Shown here: positions 19,854 through 28,987 of the stretch, in pieces
Layout: each line of letters opens with the position of its first letter
Position numbering within the stretch: position 1 is the stretch's first letter
Origin: an uncultured Candidatus Saccharibacteria bacterium
GTDB taxonomy: Bacteria > Patescibacteriota > Minisyncoccia > Phycocordibacterales > UBA12088
Assembly: GCA_964562615.1 (NCBI GenBank)
Contig: CAZLUD010000001.1
Coordinates: 193,072 to 257,071, forward strand
Direction of reading: 5' to 3'
Length of the DNA: 64,000 nt
Program-made: the position numbers and the translations under genes
Notes under the pieces: model-generated
What the model saw: the letters and a program-made list of their open reading frames with translations, nothing else
Databases searched by the model: none
What the model was told of the DNA's origin: nothing

Positions 19854-20360
19854 CTACAGCACGCGACTATCGTACGCAAAGTGGAGTAGTGCTTGACGCT
19901 GACGTGGACGACAAGCAAGGTCACCAGCTCTGCAGTGGCGTTGCACTTGTGCTATGTGCCGCCTCATCTGCCTCCATCTGCGTATCTGTCTCGCATCATC
20001 CTCATGTCTTCTTCCCATGTAGTAACGACAGTACCACTCAAACCAACCACGTGGATCATCTGTATGTATCCATCCCTTTGCTCGCCAGTACGAAAGCGGG
20101 GTGCTTGCCTTTATCTTAAAAAAATTGAGTGATGGATCTGGTGCTCCTGACGCAAATTTTGCACGAGCAAACCAATCTTTTGGATATTCTTTAGTTGTAT
20201 CACGCATATACACCCCAGAAAAAACGCCAAGAGAAAGCATCTGCTTCGGTGTAAGCATTGGCGTAAACCCTTCATCAAAATGTTTCCCCATTGGTTCTGT
20301 GAGGTAATACACGTACCCCTTCTGCATCATATTATTGACTACCACTCGTTTCTTTTTCAT
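19854..20360 (-). CDS. Trp/Arg-rich hypothetical protein
   Basis: Intact ORF containing DPRGWFEWYCRYYMGRR...RQIRRW...RQALLH; TACAAT lies 7 nt upstream of the ATG. Confidence 0.75.
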   Translation of the reverse strand: MKKKRVVVNNMMQKGYVYYLTEPMGKHFDEGFTPMLTPKQMLSLGVFSGVYMRDTTKEYPKDWFARAKFASGAPDPSLNFFKIKASTPLSYWRAKGWIHTDDPRGWFEWYCRYYMGRRHEDDARQIRRWRQMRRHIAQVQRHCRAGDLACRPRQRQALLHFAYDSRVL

Positions 20361-20451
20361 AGCTACAATTGTACCCTATTCTCTTACCTCTATGATATAC
20401 TCCTTTTGCCTACCTGGCATTTATTAAGTAGAAATTAGTAACGATATTCAT

Positions 20452-21174
20452 ATGAATAAAGGAATTTTCGTACTCATCGGCGTCGTGCTTCTTGCGGGCG
20501 GATGGTATGTCTTCACGAAAGAAGACCGACAGATGAACAAGGAAGTAGCACCTGAAACTACTCAGGATGAAATGAAAGCCACAAAGAGTGTTCCTGCTTC
20601 AGGAATGTACGAGGCAGTAGTTGCTGATAGTACCGTGATGTGGAGCGGTCAAAAGCCTCTTGTTGCTGGCTACGTGCACAAGGGCACCATTATGCTTTCT
20701 GAAGGCATGATCGAGGTTAAGGATGGAACTGCAGCAGGTTCTTTTACCATCGATATGAACAGCATCAAGGCAACCTCCCTTGGTGGTGGAAAAGAAGGAC
20801 AAGAATCTGGACTTGAAAAGCACCTCAAGTCTAAGGACTTCTTCAATGTTGAGACCTATCCAACTGCTACCATGAAGATTGCTAGCGTGACACCAATCGA
20901 AGGAGTTGCACATCGCTATACAGTAGTCGGCGAACTTACCCTTCTTGGAAAAACTAATGCAGTAACCTTCCCAGCTGATATCTACACCAAAGAGGATGGA
21001 ACGCTTATGGCTAACGCCACGGTAAGCATTGATAGAACTGTATGGGGAATCACCTATGGATCTGGGTCTTTCTTTGACAACCTTGCAAACAATGCAATCG
21101 ACAACAACATCAACCTTGATCTCTCATTGGTTGCAAAAATGAAGACTGCAGAAACCGAAGGATCAGCGATGTAA
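20452..21174 (+). CDS. YceI family protein
   Basis: HLKSKDFFNVETYPTA, GELTLLGKT and IDRTVWGITY; N-terminal TM. Confidence 0.9.
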   Translation: MNKGIFVLIGVVLLAGGWYVFTKEDRQMNKEVAPETTQDEMKATKSVPASGMYEAVVADSTVMWSGQKPLVAGYVHKGTIMLSEGMIEVKDGTAAGSFTIDMNSIKATSLGGGKEGQESGLEKHLKSKDFFNVETYPTATMKIASVTPIEGVAHRYTVVGELTLLGKTNAVTFPADIYTKEDGTLMANATVSIDRTVWGITYGSGSFFDNLANNAIDNNINLDLSLVAKMKTAETEGSAM

Positions 21175-21763
21175 TACCATTGTTGTTACCGGTAAAGAAA
21201 TAATTATCACACCGCTCGTCTTTGACGAGCGGTGTGATTTTTATATCGCAATAAAAATGTGCGGGCGCCATTCGGCGCCCGCAAGGATATGTACGATACA
21301 CAGCATCTTTAAATGCCATATATGTGGATACTTGAAATCTACTGGGCGTAATCGCCCATCCAGAAGGAACAATATCAAATGTAATATCGCCTTCCAGAAC
21401 CTCATCTGTTGCTAGTATTTTCCAGGTAAATGTGTGCAAAACACACTCTGCAGTTAATGGACTAGCTACCATCAAACTAGAAAATGCTTCAGTGTGTAGC
21501 ACACTCCCATCCGGCGCACCCTGTACCTCAATAAGCAAGACAAGATGCGCGTTTCCGTTGAACCTTGTGCAAGTAGAAATAGCAACGATGTTCTTTGTTG
21601 CTGTCTCCAATTGTTCAACTGGGCATTCTGATCTCCTGAGTTTGTTTGTGATCACTTCTTCTTTATTGAGAAGTGATATGCCAAAGAAAGGTGGTGCGAA
21701 AATTGCCACAAGAACAAGGACGAGAAGGATAAGTGGAATCCTCTTCAAGTGAGTCGTGGTCAT
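21110..21763 (-). CDS. Hypothetical membrane-anchored protein (3' end doubtful)
   Basis: N-terminal TM and SD-like AAAGGGG upstream; the ORF reads through two hairpins and overlaps yceI. Confidence 0.45.
   Translation of the reverse strand: MTTTHLKRIPLILLVLVLVAIFAPPFFGISLLNKEEVITNKLRRSECPVEQLETATKNIVAISTCTRFNGNAHLVLLIEVQGAPDGSVLHTEAFSSLMVASPLTAECVLHTFTWKILATDEVLEGDITFDIVPSGWAITPSRFQVSTYMAFKDAVYRTYPCGRRMAPAHFYCDIKITPLVKDERCDNYFFTGNNNGITSLILRFLQSSFLQPMRDQG
21206..21238 (+). terminator. Intrinsic terminator after yceI
   Basis: atcacaccgctcgtc-ttt-gacgagcggtgtgat followed by Ts. Confidence 0.8.
21260..21283 (-). terminator. GC-rich hairpin/terminator
   Basis: tgcgggcgcc-attc-ggcgcccgca; the minus strand continues with cattttt. 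Confidence 0.6.
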
Positions 21764-21907
21764 TGGTAACCCCTTTCATGGGTTTGCTTCAAAAAGCATA
21801 CCTGAGTCGTAAAACTTTGCACGTGTTTTTTTCACTATCCAAAAAAACATTATTGCAAGCCCTACTTTACGGGTGTATCATGCGAGCATTGTTTATAACA
21901 TACTAGT

Positions 21908-23644
21908 ATGTCACTCTCATCAAATACCAGTGGGGTAGTACTTCGAGTAAGAGAAAACTGGCGCTCAGCGCTTACTGTGGCGCTTATTTCACTCCCACTA
22001 TCCATCGCGCTTGCTATCGCATCAGGCGCAGGCCCAATTCCTGGCATTATTACGGGCGTATGGGCTACAGTTATTGCAGCATTATTTGGATCAAGTAACT
22101 ACAATGTAGTCGGTGTCGCAGGCGCACTCACCACCATACTCTTTGGCGCTGCGCTTTTTGCTGGTCCTTTAATACTTCCCTTCCTCGCAATAGCATCTGG
22201 TATATGTATCTTGCTTATGTATCTCTTCAAACTAGACAGATACATTCGCTACATCCCTAACGCAGTAGTGTATGGATTCGCATCTGGTGTAGCTATTCTT
22301 ATCGCTGCCAATCAACTGTACGACGCATTTGGTCTTTCACTCATTAAACGCCATGGTCACCTTATCCCAGACCTTATACAGTTTGTTGAAATGAAAAGCC
22401 AAATCAGTCTCACGAGTGGAGCACTCTTTGGCGTATTTCTTATTATTCTTCTTGCCTGGAAAAAGTGGATACGATTCCTTCCTGGAGTAATTCCTGTCGC
22501 AGCAGCAGGTTCACTCATTGGCTATCTTTCAGAGACAGGAAGATTCTTTGGATATTCATATATCACTCTCGAGGATAAGTTTGGCGATCTCTCTATCACT
22601 CTTATCCAAATACCACTTCTTAGTGATATTACGTCATTTATTAAGGATAGCGGTAATCTTATCTGGTTTTTTCAAACGGCATTTATTATTGCCGTTATAT
22701 CAGTACTCGAGACACTTATCACCGCGCGTATTGGTGACAAAATAACCAAAACAGAGCACAGCCCAAGAAAAGAGCTTAGAGGACTTGGCCTTGCCAACAT
22801 TGCAAGCGGCATCATGGGAGGACTCCCTGCAACGGGCGTATTTATTCGTACCGGCTTAAATATAAAAAGTGGTGCAACCCACAAAACATCACAAGGATTA
22901 GCTGCAATATTCACCGCACTCCTCAGTATTATTGCATGGCCATATCTCCAGTATCTTCCCTTGCCGGTTGTTGCTGCAATTCTAAGCATGACCGCTATTG
23001 GACTCATTGAAGTAGAGCATTTTGTACGATTCTGGAAATACGAAAAAGCGAGCCTCCTTGTTGGTATGGTGGTAGCGGCAACAACCGTGTTAGATGACGC
23101 AGGTGTTGGAGTACTCTTTGGTACCATTCTTGCGCTGCTTATCCTTATCGATCAACTCACTCGTGGACGACACGAAGTACAATTTAATGTAAACAAACAA
23201 AGAATTAAGCTCTCTGGTAAGGGTATGCTTGCTATACCAGAGGGCGTAGCACCAGACGTGGTGGTATACAGCATTGGCGGATTTGTTAGTTATGCTGATG
23301 CAGTGTATCACCGTGACAATATTCGTGTCCTCGCAAATACACCTTCAATTGAAACCATTGTTATCCGCATGCGAAACCTCCATTACGCAGACCTCGATGG
23401 CATCGACACACTCGCTGAAGGCATAGAGGACGCAGAAAGAATGAAGAAAAAAATTCTTATCTCATCAGCGAGTGACTACATAGCTACCCTTGCTACTCGG
23501 GATAGTATTTTTGCTCACCTCAAGAATGACGGTAAATTTTTTACCTCTACCGAAAGCGCGCTTCGTACGCTTGGTTTTGATGACGAGCACCTCAAGCGAG
23601 ATGCGCCACTCTATGTGAGCACCAGAGAAACTCAGACAATCTAG
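21908..23644 (+). CDS. SulP family anion transporter with STAS domain
   Basis: LPLSIALAIASG, ELRGLGLANIASG and GGLPATG motifs; C-terminal STAS-like domain. Confidence 0.9.
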   Translation: MSLSSNTSGVVLRVRENWRSALTVALISLPLSIALAIASGAGPIPGIITGVWATVIAALFGSSNYNVVGVAGALTTILFGAALFAGPLILPFLAIASGICILLMYLFKLDRYIRYIPNAVVYGFASGVAILIAANQLYDAFGLSLIKRHGHLIPDLIQFVEMKSQISLTSGALFGVFLIILLAWKKWIRFLPGVIPVAAAGSLIGYLSETGRFFGYSYITLEDKFGDLSITLIQIPLLSDITSFIKDSGNLIWFFQTAFIIAVISVLETLITARIGDKITKTEHSPRKELRGLGLANIASGIMGGLPATGVFIRTGLNIKSGATHKTSQGLAAIFTALLSIIAWPYLQYLPLPVVAAILSMTAIGLIEVEHFVRFWKYEKASLLVGMVVAATTVLDDAGVGVLFGTILALLILIDQLTRGRHEVQFNVNKQRIKLSGKGMLAIPEGVAPDVVVYSIGGFVSYADAVYHRDNIRVLANTPSIETIVIRMRNLHYADLDGIDTLAEGIEDAERMKKKILISSASDYIATLATRDSIFAHLKNDGKFFTSTESALRTLGFDDEHLKRDAPLYVSTRETQTI

Positions 23645-23675
23645 CAAGTAACTGCCCACAACGCTCATCAGTACA

Positions 23676-23984
23676 TTATTTTTTCTCCCATCTGTCTTTG
23701 TCTCTTGTCTTTATCTTGTTCATTGTTGCGTCAAATCCACGCTGCATATCAAGATTAAGCGCGTTAGCAATACAAGCAAGAGTAAAAAGCACATCACCAA
23801 GCTCTTCTTCTACATCTCTACTATCCTCGGTTTCCTTCTTTTTCTTTAACCCATACCGATGTGATATTTCTCGAGAAAGCTCCCCCACTTCTTCCGTAAG
23901 TCTTGCAATTTGTTCAAATGGTGGAAAATATCCTAATTTATGAAGCGTAATCCACTCATGTACTTCTTGTTGGGTTTCTTTCAT
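23676..23984 (-). CDS. MazG-like nucleotide pyrophosphohydrolase
   Basis: ARLTEEVGEL...EELGDVLF. Confidence 0.88.
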   Translation of the reverse strand: MKETQQEVHEWITLHKLGYFPPFEQIARLTEEVGELSREISHRYGLKKKKETEDSRDVEEELGDVLFTLACIANALNLDMQRGFDATMNKIKTRDKDRWEKK

Positions 23985-24324
23985 AGTCTTGTACTACAGT
24001 AAGTAATATGGATAGTGTATCACCATCTCCAATAATTTCCTTTCTCCTAATTTCAGCCTTTAATGGTAGTAAATAGACTCCTGATTTTGTATCAGGAAAT
24101 ATTGAGGTGTCCCACTCAGTTGCCCCTATACGCACAGTTACTCGTAGCGATCCCCATCCCCCAGCTATCGCTTTGTGCGTATTTTTTAGTGTAGTAGATA
24201 GCGCAATAGGAAGTGGCGCAAAATACCACGCACCTTTTTGTGCTTTTGTGTGTGCATTACCACCATAGACCATCACTGTGGTAGTAAATCTATGTGCTTT
24301 TTTTGACGTACGACTCTCTGCCAT
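23956..24324 (-). CDS. DUF1905 domain protein
   Basis: GWGSLRVTVRIGATEWDTSIFPD...YLLPLKAEIR. Confidence 0.8.
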   Translation of the reverse strand: MAESRTSKKAHRFTTTVMVYGGNAHTKAQKGAWYFAPLPIALSTTLKNTHKAIAGGWGSLRVTVRIGATEWDTSIFPDTKSGVYLLPLKAEIRRKEIIGDGDTLSILLTVVQDYERNPTRST

Positions 24325-24343
24325 ACAGTGTATGAGTATAGAA

Positions 24344-25714
24344 TTACACCACCTGTGCCTGAGATTCTTTCTTCAAGACAGAGCGCATATACAGATAGGT
24401 AGCGATTGCGCCTGACCATACAATAAAGAACACCGACCACCACAATGCCTTGATACTACCCGGAAACAGTGTAGTCACAAAGAAAAATACTGGCAGTGGT
24501 ATAACCACCTGTCTAAGTATACCAATGATAAGGGGGAAGAAGGCATGTTTAAGACCTCGCAGTGAAGATTCTGAAACAAAGATAATCCCGTATGCCCATG
24601 AAATAAGCGCTGCGATAGATAAGTACCCTACGCCATAGGCAATGATATTCTCGTCAGTGGTAAAGAGACTAACCAATTGCCTCCCCAAGAAGTATATACA
24701 CAGCGACACCACCAGACTCATTATAAGTGAATACTTAATAGCAACTGCTACCACCTCTTTTACCCTATCAAACCTTTTTGCTCCATTGTTATGTCCAATA
24801 AGGGTAAGTACCGCGATAGTAAGACCGATGCCAGGTATTAAGAATATCTGCTCTATTCTGATACTAGTACCGTATCCCGCAACTGCATCAGGCCCAAACA
24901 GTGCGACAAAATACGTAATGACAAACGATCCTAGTGCGATAGTCATCATAGACAAACTTGCCGGAAATCCTTGCGAAAAGATTTTCATATACGGCTCTCT
25001 TTCAGGAAGAAAATGCTTCTGTATGTGGTGTGCAGTCATGATACCGGTGCGATACACCTTATACGCAAGGTATACAAACCCAACAAACGTAGAGAGGACC
25101 GTTGCAAGCGAGATGCCAAGTATACCAAGCGCAGGAAATCCAACATAACCAAACGCAAGCACCGGATCAGCAACAAGATTGATAAAGAATCCGGCAATAA
25201 GGACGTTGCGATATGATTTTGTATCACCCACTGAGTTGAGTATCGCGTTGAATACAAAACTCATGCTAAAAAATATCGAGCCAAGGAATAGTGGTTGCAT
25301 ATAAAGGAGTGCCTGTGTGAGCACCTCCCCTTTTGCGCTAAGCATGCTAAATAGGTACGGAGCAGAAAAGTAACCAATACACGTAAGCACAATAGAAATA
25401 AAGAATCCGAACGAAATCGCCTGCACTGCGTAGCGTTTTGCTTCATCTGTATTTCCCGCTCCAATAAAATTGGATAACAGTGAGGTAGTACCCGTACCCA
25501 CACCTGAACCAAATGCAATGATCAGAAAGAATATAGGAAAGGTAAGCGAGAGTCCGGCAAGTGCCTCTGGCGAAACCTTACCTGCAACAAACGTATCCAC
25601 AATGTTGTACATTGTGTTGAAAAAGAATCCAACCGCAGACGGAATACCAAGCGCGAGTATAAGCTTAGGGATAGGATCCTTAAGCAAGTGCTCTGAAGAA
25701 ACAGAAAGTGACAT
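24344..25714 (-). CDS. MATE family efflux transporter
   Basis: About 12 TM segments with YNIVDTFVAG and GDTK motifs. Confidence 0.9.
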   Translation of the reverse strand: MSLSVSSEHLLKDPIPKLILALGIPSAVGFFFNTMYNIVDTFVAGKVSPEALAGLSLTFPIFFLIIAFGSGVGTGTTSLLSNFIGAGNTDEAKRYAVQAISFGFFISIVLTCIGYFSAPYLFSMLSAKGEVLTQALLYMQPLFLGSIFFSMSFVFNAILNSVGDTKSYRNVLIAGFFINLVADPVLAFGYVGFPALGILGISLATVLSTFVGFVYLAYKVYRTGIMTAHHIQKHFLPEREPYMKIFSQGFPASLSMMTIALGSFVITYFVALFGPDAVAGYGTSIRIEQIFLIPGIGLTIAVLTLIGHNNGAKRFDRVKEVVAVAIKYSLIMSLVVSLCIYFLGRQLVSLFTTDENIIAYGVGYLSIAALISWAYGIIFVSESSLRGLKHAFFPLIIGILRQVVIPLPVFFFVTTLFPGSIKALWWSVFFIVWSGAIATYLYMRSVLKKESQAQVV

Positions 25715-25720
25715 ACCGTA

Positions 25721-26980
25721 CTACGCAAGCACCAAAACTGCCACTTTCTTCCCTCGACGAAGGAGTGTAATACCATTTACCATATCATCACTTTGTAGCA
25801 CCTCATCAACAGCAGTCACCTCCCTACCATTTACCGATACTGCCTTTTGCAACAATAATCGTCTTGCTTCACCTTTTGATTCAGACAGTGCGCTCATGAC
25901 AAGCACGTCAACAATAGCAATACCTTTTGCTACATCCTTTTTTTGAACTACAAATGATGGCGCTTCTTTGACAAGAAGTGCCTTATCTTTTGCAGAAATA
26001 TTTGCAAGTGATTCACCATGATAGAGGATAGCCATTACACGCTCGACACTCTCTACCGCCTCTTTACCGTGAATAAATGCCGTTACTTCACTTGCGAGTG
26101 TGCGCTGCCCTAGTCTTTTGTGTGGTGCATCAGTATGCGTTGCTACTACACGTTCAATTTTTTTGAGTGGGAGAAACGTAAATATCTTTAAATATTCTTC
26201 AAGGTTTTCATCAGCAACATTGAACCAAAATTGATAGAACGCAAACGGCGAGGTCTTGGTTGCATCAAGCCATACAGCATTACCTTCTGACTTTCCAAAT
26301 TTTTTACCAGTACTTTTATCTACAATAATAGGAGTGGTGAGCGCGTAGACAGTCTTCGAAAGACGCTTTCGTACCAAATCAACCCCCGAGAGAATGTTTG
26401 TCCACTGATCTGCCCCACCAATCTGTAAGTCAACATTATGGGTATCTGCTAATACCTCATAGTCATACGCCTGTAATAGCGAGTAAGAAAATTCTGTGTA
26501 AGAGATACTGTCTTGCTCATCGTCTAAGCGCCGTTTAATAAGGTCGCGCTTAATAAGCTGGTTCACGGTAAAGTGCTTGCCGATATCACGCAAAAAATCT
26601 ATAGCACGCAGTTTTGTAAGCCACGTTGCATTGTTTATCATGACAAAAGACTTTTCACCAAATAGCCTAGAGAGCTGTTTTGTGAGTCCTTTTACATTTT
26701 TATTTACCTCTTGCGTGGTGATGAGTGGTCGCTCGCCAGTTGCTCGTGGGTCACCAATAAGACCAGTACCGCCCCCCACAATAAAGTAAGGCTTGTGTCC
26801 AGCCTGTGCTAAGTGGTGCATAAGGAGTATAGGCACCAAGTGCCCCACATGGAGAGAATCTGCTGTAGGATCCATTCCTAAATATACATTTCTCTTTTTA
26901 GATAACACCTCTGTAAGAGTGCCGCCGCCAACACCATCTATTAGTCCTCGAGTTGTTAGTTCATCTGTAAGTGAAGCCAT
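25721..26980 (-). CDS. tyrS: Tyrosine--tRNA ligase
   Basis: DPTADSLHVGH (HIGH), QIGGADQW, KFGKS and a C-terminal S4 domain. Confidence 0.96.
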   Translation of the reverse strand: MASLTDELTTRGLIDGVGGGTLTEVLSKKRNVYLGMDPTADSLHVGHLVPILLMHHLAQAGHKPYFIVGGGTGLIGDPRATGERPLITTQEVNKNVKGLTKQLSRLFGEKSFVMINNATWLTKLRAIDFLRDIGKHFTVNQLIKRDLIKRRLDDEQDSISYTEFSYSLLQAYDYEVLADTHNVDLQIGGADQWTNILSGVDLVRKRLSKTVYALTTPIIVDKSTGKKFGKSEGNAVWLDATKTSPFAFYQFWFNVADENLEEYLKIFTFLPLKKIERVVATHTDAPHKRLGQRTLASEVTAFIHGKEAVESVERVMAILYHGESLANISAKDKALLVKEAPSFVVQKKDVAKGIAIVDVLVMSALSESKGEARRLLLQKAVSVNGREVTAVDEVLQSDDMVNGITLLRRGKKVAVLVLA

Positions 26981-27055
26981 AGTAGTGGTAAAAGTAACCT
27001 AGTACCGGTTAATAGTACCAGAAAAGTATTGTTATCAAAGCGGATGATTATCTAG

Positions 27056-27967
27056 CTAACGAAAGATAACCGTACCACCATCATCTTTCAATGTGAGGAT
27101 TAACTCACCTCTAGAGGTAAATACAAAGCCCTCAGTGTTTGAAAGAAAATCAGAAAATACTCTTTCCTGTGAACCTTCACAATACATAAGTGTCGACATC
27201 ATCTTATCAAAAGACAGACTGGTCTTTCCGGCAACATACTCTCCACCTATTCCATTACAATCAGTCGACGCAGAAAAAGTACCGTCATTATTAAATGAAA
27301 GCGTAAACGCATCAGACTTTTGTGGCATTACATCACCTTGTGGGGTGGTCGCTTTTATCCATTTCCATGTATTCATACCAAGAGTCATTTTTGATGGGTC
27401 TGCTTCACCTTCAAAATTTTGTGCAACTTCTCCAAAGGTAAGTGTAGTCGGATCAAGCATAAGCCACATACTCTTTCCAATAGATGGTTGGGTACTAAAG
27501 TCTTCGCCTACCGCTCTCTCTGCGTAATTAACCACAATAACGTTTCCATCCCCCATCGAGGTGCTTTGTGGAGCTATTCTGTCACCGATAAACACTCCTT
27601 TTGATCCAACGTAGCCACTTTCTTTATTAAGAGCTGCGACAAGATAATAAAACACTCCACTACCTCCAGTTTCTTGAGAAAGCAAAAACGCAGTGTCGAG
27701 ACGACCATCACCATCAAGGTCATGACTTACTTCGTTACCAAAGTATCGAGTTACTACTTTTGACGCACTTCCGGGTACCACTTCTTGCTCTGCAACACCG
27801 TTATTCAATATCACCCGCTTACCATCAATCACATACGTGGCATCCTTTGGTGACATAATAGGTGCCTCAACTATACCTACCACATCGCCATTTTGTTGTG
27901 ATGAATAAAAAAACCATACCGTACTCAAAATAACTGCTCCAAGAAATAGTGCTGAGAATGTTTTCAT
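27056..27967 (-). CDS. META domain protein
   Basis: STDCNGIGG...STLMYCEGS at the C-terminus; N-terminal TM. Confidence 0.8.
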   Translation of the reverse strand: MKTFSALFLGAVILSTVWFFYSSQQNGDVVGIVEAPIMSPKDATYVIDGKRVILNNGVAEQEVVPGSASKVVTRYFGNEVSHDLDGDGRLDTAFLLSQETGGSGVFYYLVAALNKESGYVGSKGVFIGDRIAPQSTSMGDGNVIVVNYAERAVGEDFSTQPSIGKSMWLMLDPTTLTFGEVAQNFEGEADPSKMTLGMNTWKWIKATTPQGDVMPQKSDAFTLSFNNDGTFSASTDCNGIGGEYVAGKTSLSFDKMMSTLMYCEGSQERVFSDFLSNTEGFVFTSRGELILTLKDDGGTVIFR

Positions 27968-27994
27968 ATATATAGTATAGCAAAAAAATGATTA

Positions 27995-28711
27995 TTAGTT
28001 TTGTGATTCTATTGTAGCTTGTAACACACTGAACCATTCCTTATACCCAAGGGCTGAGGGATGCAGTCCATCTGGTGCAAAGTAATGATCTGGATCGAGA
28101 ACAAACACATCTTTTTGAGGTACCGTATACAGATTTACGTATACACCACCTGCTTTTGCTATCGCTCCTTCAACCTTTTTGTGATATTCGAGCGTTCGTG
28201 CGTGATAGAGAGGGCGCACAAACCATGGAAAAAGTATACTTGCACCTATATCACCTGCGGTAAGTACGTAGACATCTTTTGATTGATCTTTTAGTACGCG
28301 TACTGTAGTAGCTATTCTTTCTATCGCCTCATCTATAGCAACAAACCGAATAATGTCATTGGCGCCAATCTGAATGAGTACCACATCATACTGTGTACGC
28401 ATTGCCATAGCGCGCTGCCTTGCTAAATCACTGGTGAGCGCTCCAGATACTGCATAGTTTTCAACATGGGTGGCACCAAGATATTCTGCAAGATACCCTG
28501 GTACTGACTCTCCTCTAGTACTCCCTACCCCTACTGCTGTACTGTCTCCTAGCACAAGAATACTCACCCCCGTGTCAGTGTCGGCATGTTTTTCAAATCG
28601 AGTCGCCGTCTCACTTAACCCCTTTGCAATATGTATCTTGTAGGCAAATCGACACCCCTCATACAAGAGGTACAGACCAACCACCACCAGCACATACAGT
28701 AGAATTTTCAT
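27995..28711 (-). CDS. SGNH/GDSL hydrolase
   Basis: GDSTAVG, GAND and DGLHPS motifs. Confidence 0.9.
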   Translation of the reverse strand: MKILLYVLVVVGLYLLYEGCRFAYKIHIAKGLSETATRFEKHADTDTGVSILVLGDSTAVGVGSTRGESVPGYLAEYLGATHVENYAVSGALTSDLARQRAMAMRTQYDVVLIQIGANDIIRFVAIDEAIERIATTVRVLKDQSKDVYVLTAGDIGASILFPWFVRPLYHARTLEYHKKVEGAIAKAGGVYVNLYTVPQKDVFVLDPDHYFAPDGLHPSALGYKEWFSVLQATIESQN

Positions 28712-28968
28712 TTTTGAATAGGAGTATTTTTTATAAGCAACAATTTTTCTGGTTTTGATAACCTCTTTATATACGCCTCTCGCTTTGATGCGACTGATCT
28801 ATTTTCACATGCTTCAGCATATACAAGCCGTACTACTCCTTTTGCTCTCGTGTACCTCCCCCCTACACCATCTTTATGTTCTTGAAGGCGACGAGCAGTA
28901 TCGGTGGTAATTCCTGTATACAAAGACCCATCCTTACACAAAAGGATATACGCATAAAACATACTCAT
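28708..28968 (-). CDS. GIY-YIG nuclease family protein (UPF0213-like)
   Basis: YILLCKDGSLYTGIT..RRLQEH...RE.YIK. Start set at the ATG 6 nt after TATACT. Confidence 0.88.
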   Translation of the reverse strand: MSMFYAYILLCKDGSLYTGITTDTARRLQEHKDGVGGRYTRAKGVVRLVYAEACENRSVASKREAYIKRLSKPEKLLLIKNTPIQK

Positions 28969-28987
28969 ACGATAAGTATACCCTGTA

